Positions 1-8,000 of a stretch of DNA of 38,263 nucleotides are shown one piece after another. The DNA is from Myxococcota bacterium (lineage in GTDB: Bacteria > Myxococcota_C > UBA6777), in the NCBI GenBank assembly GCA_023150835.1, contig JAKLKB010000141.1, positions 1 to 38,263 on the forward strand, read 5' to 3'. Position 1 is the stretch's first letter; each line of letters starts with the position of its first letter. Under the pieces are notes generated by a model, which saw nothing but the letters and a program-made list of their open reading frames with translations, did no database searches and was not told the DNA's origin. A program made the translations under genes and the position numbers.

Positions 1-230
1 ATTTTCAACAAAAACGGCCCCTCGCAAAATCCTGACGGCTCGTCTTCAACAAAAACGGCCCCTCGCAAAATCCTGACGGCCCATTTTCAACAAAAACGGC
101 CCCTCGCGAAATCCTGACGGCCCATTTTCAACAAAAACGGCCCCTCGCAAAATCCTGACGGCTCGTCTTCAACAAAAACGGCCCCTCGCAAAACCCTGAC
201 GGCTCGTCTTCAACAAAAACGGCCCCTCGC
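1..230. repeat. 41-bp tandem repeat, ~5.6 copies, truncated by the window start
   Basis: Unit TTCAACAAAAACGGCCCCTCGCAAAATCCTGACGGC(TCGTC/CCATT) starts at 4, 45, 86, 127, 168 and 209. No unique spacers. Confidence 0.95.
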
Positions 231-348
231 ACAAAGCTCTTGGGTAGCCCTTGCAATACATCCGAGAGATCTGCTAAAAGAAACCTTCCACTTTGTACCC
301 CCATACACGGGATACCACCCAAACCCCCAAACCTCCCGAGGCAAACCC

Positions 349-1071
349 ATGGATCTCAAATGGAACGACCCACAACGTGCGATCTTTTTGGATGACGTCA
401 TCCCTTTTGTCGAGAAGTCTGCGTATGCAAAAGAGCCGCTCAGCGAACAAACGCTCAAGCAATGGGTTCGATCTCGTTTATTCTTTCAACGAAGTTTCAC
501 CAAACCCGCCGAGAAAGGCATCTCTTTGGGGGCTTTGGACACTTTGTTGGACGCGGCAGTACGTGCGCTTGATCTCGAACTGCGCGCCATGCTCCAACGG
601 GCCGTCGCCAAAGAAGAAGCCTCCGCCTACATGGAGATCGAAAGTATCCACGATCATCTGTTCTCTGTGGGGATGCGGGCGCTCACGACAGTGCCGATGG
701 ATATCGAAGTGACGGCGGTCAAGGCTTTGTTGAAGCGCTGCGAAGACAAGGATGTGGTGGCTTTTTTTGCGCGCCACAAGATGCAAGATCGCGTGCATCT
801 GATCTCCGAAAAGCTTGAGGATCTCGATCGAGGTTTGCGTGAGAGCAACACAGCCCCTCCAGCCTCACCCGATTCAAAAGAAACCTCCGAGGCCCGAAAG
901 CAACTTGACACTTCGGTGCGTAAGTTTCGACGCTACCTTCTTGATCGCTTTGAAAGCGACGACACCGCAGGGATCACGTTTCAAAAAGGCTTCTTGGACA
1001 TCTTGCAACGCGCAACCGCCAAAGAACAACCCGAAAGCAACAACAAAGCGAAATCATCCGACGTGGCGTGA
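349..1071 (+). CDS. Hypothetical, probably helical protein (240 aa)
   Basis: ATG preceded by GAGG; protein-like composition with amphipathic helices. No catalytic motif recognised. Confidence 0.75.
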   Translation: MDLKWNDPQRAIFLDDVIPFVEKSAYAKEPLSEQTLKQWVRSRLFFQRSFTKPAEKGISLGALDTLLDAAVRALDLELRAMLQRAVAKEEASAYMEIESIHDHLFSVGMRALTTVPMDIEVTAVKALLKRCEDKDVVAFFARHKMQDRVHLISEKLEDLDRGLRESNTAPPASPDSKETSEARKQLDTSVRKFRRYLLDRFESDDTAGITFQKGFLDILQRATAKEQPESNNKAKSSDVA

Positions 1072-1084
1072 TCATAACGAGGCG

Positions 1085-1113
1085 TTGCCTCCCCCGCCTT
1101 TGCCTTCGTCCCT
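1085..1113 (+). repeat. 29-bp direct repeat, left copy flanking the TA module
   Basis: TTGCCTCCCCCGCCTTTGCCTTCGTCCCT, 27/29 identical to 1833-1861. Confidence 0.85.
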
Positions 1114-1131
1114 GCCTTCCCCGTGTGGAAC

Positions 1132-1527
1132 TCAAGGTGCTTCCCATCGCACCTCTACAGGATAAGCCTTAAAGCATTGATCGACGGAGAGAATCGTCAT
1201 TCGTTCAGCGATGGCTTGTGCAATGAGCAGTCTGTCAAATGGATCTTTGTGGAAAAAGAACAAACTGCGTAAAACATCGAGGTGATCGGCTTCTATCGTG
1301 AGGAGATCGATTGCATTCGACCAAACATGGTCTCGAATCAAATCTGTGAGAGATGCTGAAATCGCCAACTTGCCCATGCTCACTTTGATGGTCATTTCCC
1401 ACAAAGAAGCGACGCTTAAGAATCTCTCGTTGGACATATCTTCGATCAAGGAACGTGCGTGGAGAGGGAGTCGCGGATCTCCTGAGACAAACCACAAAAA
1501 AGCGTGCGTATCGAGAAGCAGTTTCAC
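1132..1527 (-). CDS. vapC: VapC-family PIN-domain toxin
   Basis: N-terminal MKLLLDTHAFLW, SVASLWEM.IK and HKDPFDRLLIAQA motifs typical of PIN toxins; overlaps the upstream small ORF by 4 nt. Confidence 0.92.
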   Translation of the reverse strand: MKLLLDTHAFLWFVSGDPRLPLHARSLIEDMSNERFLSVASLWEMTIKVSMGKLAISASLTDLIRDHVWSNAIDLLTIEADHLDVLRSLFFFHKDPFDRLLIAQAIAERMTILSVDQCFKAYPVEVRWEAP

Positions 1528-1748
1528 GGCACATACTCAGCAAAATCATCCAAAGGCTCATCAAAATCGTCGCCGATCTGTATCAACCCGCGAGCGCTTC
1601 CAAACTTGGGTTTGCGTTGCTCATGCAAAGCAACCAGTTGAAAAGCGGATCCATCGGGTCGGATGATCACCACTTGTTCGCCATTTGCAACTTGTTCAAG
1701 AAGTTCCTGCAATTGTATTGCGGCTTGTTCAACGGGCATCTGCGTCAC
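1524..1748 (-). CDS. Antitoxin (Phd/YefM-like N-terminus, acidic FDEPLDDF tail)
   Basis: L.ELLEQVANGEQVVI.R motif and C-terminal FGSARGLI.IGDDFDEPL; directly upstream of and coupled to vapC. Confidence 0.88.
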   Translation of the reverse strand: MTQMPVEQAAIQLQELLEQVANGEQVVIIRPDGSAFQLVALHEQRKPKFGSARGLIQIGDDFDEPLDDFAEYVP

Positions 1749-1832
1749 GGTTCAGCTCCTTCCGTCCTCGCTTTCTTCTCAACATCATGAAACTGTTCTT
1801 CCCCAAACGCAACCTTTCCGTGGACCCCTCTT

Positions 1833-1861
1833 TTGCCTCCCCCTCCGTTGCCTTCGTCCCT
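1833..1861 (+). repeat. 29-bp direct repeat, right copy, followed by short TTCCGTG repeats
   Basis: TTGCCTCCCCCTCCGTTGCCTTCGTCCCT, followed by TTCCGTGCTTTCCGTGTCTTCCGTGG. Confidence 0.85.
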
Positions 1862-1922
1862 TCTTTTTCCGTGCTTTCCGTGTCTTCCGTGGACTTTCTA
1901 TGCTTTCGTTCGTGGGCTTTGT

Positions 1923-4337
1923 TTAGCGGAGGATTTGTGTGCGTTGAGGATCGTAGAGGGCGGCGTCGTGGCGGGTGGCGGGGATGGGGTCGCCCAAGAC
2001 GATGATCTCGTAGTTGGAATGACTGGCGTATTCGGTGGGGATGTAGCCATAGGCGATGACTTTTTGGATGGAGTGGCCGTAGCCTCCGCTGGAAAGGACG
2101 CCGATCACGTCGCCTTGGTAGCAGATGGTTTCACCGCCAAAGAGTTCGACATCTTCGGCGAGGGTGAAACAGCACAGCGTGCGGCGGGGTGGATGTTTGG
2201 CGGCCTCTTCGAGGGCTTTTCGACCGAGGAAGTCGTCGGGGGTTTTGAAGTGGACACAAAAGCCGAGTCCAGCTTCAAAAGGCGTATAATCGGGCGTGAT
2301 ATCCGAGCTCCAGTAGCGATAGCCTTTCTCAAGCCGCAGCGATTCGATGGCGTAATAACCTGCGTCGACGATGCCGTAGGCTTGTCCTGCTTGCCAAAGC
2401 TGCTCGTAGACGTGTAGGGCGCACTCGATCGGGATGTGGAGCTCCCAGCCAAGCTCGCCCACATAGGTGACGCGCAATGCACGCACAGGCGCATAGCCCA
2501 CAAAGATCTCGCGGCAATGGCCGAAGGCAAAGCCCTCGTGTGAGACGTCATCGTCCGTCACTTGGGCGAGGACATCGCGGGCGTGAGGGCCGCAGAGATT
2601 GATCACGGCGTATTGGGTGGTGACGTCGACGATCTGGACAGAGCCGTCGGTGGGGGCGTGGCGTTGGATCCAGTCTTTGTCGTGCGTTCCAAAGGCTGTG
2701 CCGGTGGTGATGTAAAAAAGATCGTCTGCGAAACGCGAGATCGTCAGATCGCACTCGATCCCACCGCGTGCGTTGCAAAGCTGCGTATACGTGAGACGCC
2801 CGGGTGGTTTGCGGAGATTGTTGGCAGCGAGGTATTGCAAGAGATCGAACGCGCCCGAACCACGGACTTCGATCTTGCTAAAGGAGCTTTGATCGATCAA
2901 GGCGACTTGTTCACGGATAGCCTTGCACTCTGCGGCGACGTGAGGAAAAGAAGCGGGTCGGCCAAAGGTGGGGGTTTCGTTGTTCGAGTGTCCTTGGGGG
3001 GCGAACCAGTTGGGGCGTTCAAAGCCAAACTTCGAGCCGTACACGGCTCCCTTGGCTTTGAGTGTGGCGTAGAGAGGGCTGCGGCGCATCGGGCGGCCCG
3101 AAGCGTGTTCTTCGTGCGGCCAAGCGATCGAATAATGCTTTGCATACAACTCCAACGTGCGTTCGGTGACATAACGAAGGCTGCGGTGGTATGGGCCAAA
3201 TCGGCGGATATCTACGGGCCACAAGTCGAGACTTGGCGAGCCTTCGACGATCCATTCGGCCAGCATCTTTCCAGCGCCCCCTCCTGCCGCGATGCCATGC
3301 GCGTTAAACCCCGCCGCCACAAAGAAGTTCTCGCGCTCGGGAGCGCGCCCCATAATAAAATGCCCGTCGGTGGTAAAGGCTTCAGGTCCGTTGATCAGCT
3401 CGCGTACACCGACATCTTGGAGCATGGGCGTTCGCATCACAGCGCGTTCGGCGATCGGCTCAAAGTGTGCGAAGTTGGGGGGCAAAAGCTGTTGTCCAAA
3501 GTCTTTGGGGACGCCGCGCACCGACCAAGGGATCGGGTTGTGTTCATAACCTCCCATCACGAGGGCTCCCACATCGGCCTTGTAATAGATCAGGTTGTCT
3601 GGATCGCGCATGGTGGGGAGATCGGGTGGGATACCTTCGATCTTTTCGGTGATCATGTATTGGTGCATGGTGGGGATCAGCGGCACCATCACACCCGCCA
3701 TCAGGCCGATCTCACGCGCCCACATCCCCGCAGCGTTGACCACATACTCCGCATGGATCACCGTTTGATCGGTCTCGACCGCCGTCACACGCCGCCCTTC
3801 GGTACGGAATCCCAGCACACGCTCAAATCGCCGAAACACCGCCCCTCCCGCACGCGCTCCGATCGCCAAGGCTTGTGCGATCCCGCTCGGATCGGCGTAT
3901 CCATCTGTCGGCAAATAAGCCGCTCCCAAGACCCCATCCAATGACATCAACGGAAACAAAGCTTGCGCTTCCACAGGAGACAACAAGTGCATCGCCAAAC
4001 CAAAGCTTTTCGCGGTGGTCGCGGCCTTTCGCAACTCGATCATCCGATCTTCGGAACAGGCCAGACGCAAGCTCCCCACTTCTTTCCAACCCGTCGCTTG
4101 GCCGGTTTCAGCTTCCAACCTACGGTACAGATCGACGCTGTGTTGCAACATCCGCGTGACGTTGCGCGAAGATCGCAACTGCCCCACCAATCCCGCTGCA
4201 TGCCACGTCGAACCGCTCGTCAGTTCGCCTTTTTCGATCACCACCACATCCGACCACCCCAGCTTTGTCAGGTGGTACGCGATGCTACAGCCCACGATCC
4301 CACCGCCTACAATCGCCACTCGCGTATGAATCCCCAT
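1923..4337 (-). CDS. GcvT-family FAD-dependent oxidoreductase (dimethylglycine/sarcosine dehydrogenase-like)
   Basis: GGGIVG FAD motif, LTSGSTWHAAG, and a C-terminal GcvT folate-binding domain (TYVGELGWELH, SLRLEKGY). Start moved to ATG 4337, which has GGAGG upstream. Confidence 0.93.
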   Translation of the reverse strand: MGIHTRVAIVGGGIVGCSIAYHLTKLGWSDVVVIEKGELTSGSTWHAAGLVGQLRSSRNVTRMLQHSVDLYRRLEAETGQATGWKEVGSLRLACSEDRMIELRKAATTAKSFGLAMHLLSPVEAQALFPLMSLDGVLGAAYLPTDGYADPSGIAQALAIGARAGGAVFRRFERVLGFRTEGRRVTAVETDQTVIHAEYVVNAAGMWAREIGLMAGVMVPLIPTMHQYMITEKIEGIPPDLPTMRDPDNLIYYKADVGALVMGGYEHNPIPWSVRGVPKDFGQQLLPPNFAHFEPIAERAVMRTPMLQDVGVRELINGPEAFTTDGHFIMGRAPERENFFVAAGFNAHGIAAGGGAGKMLAEWIVEGSPSLDLWPVDIRRFGPYHRSLRYVTERTLELYAKHYSIAWPHEEHASGRPMRRSPLYATLKAKGAVYGSKFGFERPNWFAPQGHSNNETPTFGRPASFPHVAAECKAIREQVALIDQSSFSKIEVRGSGAFDLLQYLAANNLRKPPGRLTYTQLCNARGGIECDLTISRFADDLFYITTGTAFGTHDKDWIQRHAPTDGSVQIVDVTTQYAVINLCGPHARDVLAQVTDDDVSHEGFAFGHCREIFVGYAPVRALRVTYVGELGWELHIPIECALHVYEQLWQAGQAYGIVDAGYYAIESLRLEKGYRYWSSDITPDYTPFEAGLGFCVHFKTPDDFLGRKALEEAAKHPPRRTLCCFTLAEDVELFGGETICYQGDVIGVLSSGGYGHSIQKVIAYGYIPTEYASHSNYEIIVLGDPIPATRHDAALYDPQRTQILR

Positions 4338-4383
4338 CGTTTCCTCCACTCTATAGAACTTCACTCGCAGTTAGACTTGATGT

Positions 4384-4528
4384 TGTGGGGTTTCACCCCA
4401 CACCCCACAAGGGACTGTCGCCCCTTGACCCCATATTGGCGAACAGATCGCAGGCTTTTTACACCGACAACTCTCTCGCTTGAAACAGCACGAACACGGG
4501 GGTTTTTGCAACGGCGTCACTCCTCTCA
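4384..4528 (+). repeat. Dispersed hairpin-rich intergenic repeat, copy A
   Basis: GTGGGG-N5-CCCCAC hairpin, CAAGGG...CCCTTG hairpin, then GCGAACAGA...ACTCT.TCGCTTGA...CACGAACACGG; shared with five other copies. Confidence 0.85.
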
Positions 4529-5038
4529 CAGATCGAAACGATGATCACCGATCTTCGGAAAAAACGCAAACCGCCGAGTCAGGGCCAAGGAGGCAACGCT
4601 GGCTTGTCGGGCGTGGGGCAAATCTCCACAACACACTCACCACAAACCAGTCATCCACCGAGTACACGATCAAACACACGAGTGTACGATCGCGCACTGT
4701 TTCTGGTGCATGATCGTACACAAACACCCTTTCGAGCAAAGCGCGAAGCCCACGCAACGCAACAAAATCTCTCCATCCCGACACCTCCCTAAAGACCTCC
4801 GCCCAGAGAATTCTTTCGGCACAACCATTGCTGTAGGCGCGCATTCCCCACCGCTCCTGCGCTCAAAAACCAGCTTTTGACCGAGGGATCCGCCCTTGGA
4901 ACAACGTGCGCTTTGTCTGCTGACGGAAAGACGGCTCGCCCCAAAACAAAGGAGGAACCACAGGCACAACAAACCCACTTCGGCAAACCGTTTGATCGAG
5001 CAACAAAGGGCGCAAACAACACACGGGAGAGAATGTTG

Positions 5039-8000
5039 ATGAAGAAACAGCATCGAACGACACCAAGACACACGCTCTTTTTATGGGCAAAAGGGCTAAC
5101 AACCGCGATTTTGCTGACGATGGGACTGGGAGCCTGCGGAGGTCCGAAACCCTGTACACAAGACTCTGAATGCCAAGAACCTTCCGCCTGTATCAACGGC
5201 ACTTGTGCTTGGGTGGATCCCAACAAGTGCCGCTCCGATGAAGCCTGCAAAAAGAAAAATCCAGCGACCCCCCGTTGTGATAGCCAAACAGGGCAATGTC
5301 ACGGTTGTTTTGCCGATCTCGACTGCAAGGACGGATTTGCTTGCGTTGAAAAGCAGTGCCAGCGCAAAAAAGCCTGTGAGTCGGACAAAGATTGCATCGA
5401 CGAAGGGCTGAAACGCTGTAATACACGCACCAAGCAATGCAGCGAATGTGCGGAGAACGCGCATTGTTCAGCCCCCACAGCGATCTGTAGCGCTGAAGGG
5501 CGTTGCGTAGCTTGCAACAATCGGTTGGACTGTAAGCCCGGGGAAGAGTGCGTCAACAGCACTTGTCAACCCGCGATCCGCTGCGCAGCCGACCGAGATT
5601 GCACCGACACAAACACCCCGTACTGCTCGCTGCAAATGCAACGCTGCGTCGTCTGCGACAACAACGGACATTGCCAAAAAGGATTTGATTGCGTCAACAA
5701 TCGCTGCGAACGCAAAGCCACCTGCAACACCAAGGACGACTGCGTAGAGACGAGCGCTCCGCACTGCAACCCCACAAGCAAGGCGTGTGTAGCCTGTTTG
5801 ACAAAAGACCATTGTTCCGCTCCCACCGCCTTTTGCGCTCCCGAAGGGCGTTGTGTCGGGTGCAACCAACGAGCCGATTGCAAAGCAGGAGAAGATTGCG
5901 TCAACAACGCTTGCCAAGCCACGGCACTTTGCGCATCGGATCGCGACTGTACTGACCAAGCCACACCTTACTGCTCGCTTCAAAACAAGCGTTGCGTCGT
6001 CTGCGACAACAACGGACATTGCCAAAAAGGATTTGATTGCGTCAACAATCGCTGCGAACGCAAAGCCACCTGCAACACCAGCGACGAATGTATCGATACG
6101 GGCCTGTCTCACTGCGATATCGCCACCCACAAATGCGTCGCCTGTCTCGCAAACACCCATTGTGCAGCCCCCAAGGCTTATTGCCACACAGACAAGACCT
6201 GTGTTTCTTGTGCAAGCGATACGGATTGTACAGATCAAGCCAAACCCCGCTGCAACAAGAGCGAAGGGATCTGCCAAGCCTGTCTCGGAGAGTCCGACTG
6301 CCAAGCAGGTCAAGCCTGCGTTGGGGGAACCTGCCAAAAACGCACAGACTGCCGATTGGATGGCGATTGCGTGGATGCCAAGCTCAAATACTGCGAGCTC
6401 ACGGCCAAACTGTGTGTGGAGTGTTTGGGTGAAGCGGCTTGTCAAGCCGGCTACACCTGCAAAAGCAACGTGTGTGTACGCAAAGAAAACTGCGCCAACG
6501 ACAAAGACTGCATCGATCAAGGCAAAGGACTGTGCAACCCGAAAGACAACAAATGCGTGGGCTGCATCAGTCGCCTTGACTGCGCAAGCAACCAAGCCTG
6601 CGTCAACGGGGCCTGCGCCAACTGGTGTTCTGTGGATGCCCACTGTAGCGATCCGACCAAACCCGCTTGTCAGACCGCCACAGGCCAATGCGTCGCTTGT
6701 GTGAGCCACCAAGATTGCCCCGCAGGAGAAGTCTGCAACACAACAACCGCAACCTGCCAAGCAGGAGCCGCGTGCGGCACAGGCTGTCCCACAGGACAAG
6801 TCTGCGAGACCACTTCGCAAAAATGCGTGGGTTGCCTTGCCAGCACCGACTGTCCATCCACTCCCAGCGGAAAATCCAAGCAAGCCTGCGATACCACCGA
6901 AAAACAATGTATCGAATGTGCCCAAAATACCGACTGCAAGATCAACCAGATCTGCCAAAACAAACGATGTGCCTCCGGCTGTGCGTCACAACAAGACTGT
7001 GCGCCCGGGCTGTTGTGCCTCAAAGCCACAGGTGCGACGACAGGCGTTTGCGGAAAATGTCTCAAAAATACGGATTGTCCCACAGGACAGGTCTGCAATC
7101 CTACGTCTTTCATCTGTGGCTCTTGTGCAGATGACACAGACTGCCAAGGAAGCCAAACAGCCCGTTGGTGTGATCCTTCGCGTGCGCTCTGCACCACAGG
7201 CTGCTCCACCAATCAGCATTGCCTCAACAACCCCGCAGGGGCGATCTGCGATCTCCAACGAAATGTGTGCGTGGCCTGTCTCACAACATCTGATTGCCCG
7301 CGAGGACAGCATTGCGAGCCGCTCAATAACCAATGCGTCGCTTGTCTTGAGAACGATGCCCACTGCCCATCGGGTCAGATCTGCAACGGCTTTTCTTGCG
7401 TTGTCGGCTGCTCGACAGATACCGAATGTGCGCTGCAAGGCGCAGGTCTGCTGTGCGCAAGTGGCCGCTGCCGCGAGTGCGATGCAAGCCGCCCCTGCCC
7501 CAACGGCAAAGTCTGCAACAGCAAGGGACAATGCAGTGAATGTGGGCAAGATTCGGATTGCGGTGCAGGCAAGTTCTGCGATCTCTCCTTTGGTCGATGT
7601 GTCCCCCAAACAGGCCGCACAGACTGTATGAGCTGTGTCAACAACACCGATTGCGCTGTCGGCTACCAATGCACCCAACGCAACCTCGGCTTCAATGCTT
7701 CTCGCACAGAGCGGGTCTGCCTCAAGTCTTGTACAAAAGACGCCCAATGTGCGGGCTACCAGATCAGCGGAAACCCTGCTCCCACCCAAGCCCCCTCAGG
7801 CTGCACTCTCGCCAAAACAGCCGATCGCACCTACTTCTTCTGTAGCAATACTCTCTCGTGGGATAACGCCAGCGCAGAGTGCCGTAAACACGGAGGCTAC
7901 CTCGTCACCCTCAACGATGCCCAAGAACACAACTTCGTCGTCAACGAAGGGAACAAGTGGCTGGGTGGCTATTATTGGGTTGGCTTGCGCTATCGTTCGG

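Noticed and set aside
1-230. CRISPR array
   Set aside because: Units are contiguous with only a 5-nt two-state variable part; there are no unique spacers and no cas genes.
2562-3944. Long antisense and alternate-frame ORFs (also 5468-6958, 10566-11888, 20676-21608, 23678-24736, 27427-28275)
   Set aside because: These are shadow ORFs overlapping well-supported genes and have no recognisable motifs.
4340-4700. Glycine riboswitch upstream of the GcvT-family gene
   Set aside because: No aptamer consensus was found; the structured sequence there is dispersed repeat copy A.
4975-5030. c-di-GMP-I (GEMM) riboswitch upstream of the giant lipoprotein
   Set aside because: GGCAAACC...GGGCGCAAA resembles part of the motif, but the GNRA tetraloop and the second hairpin with its receptor are not evident. 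An Infernal search against Rfam would settle it.
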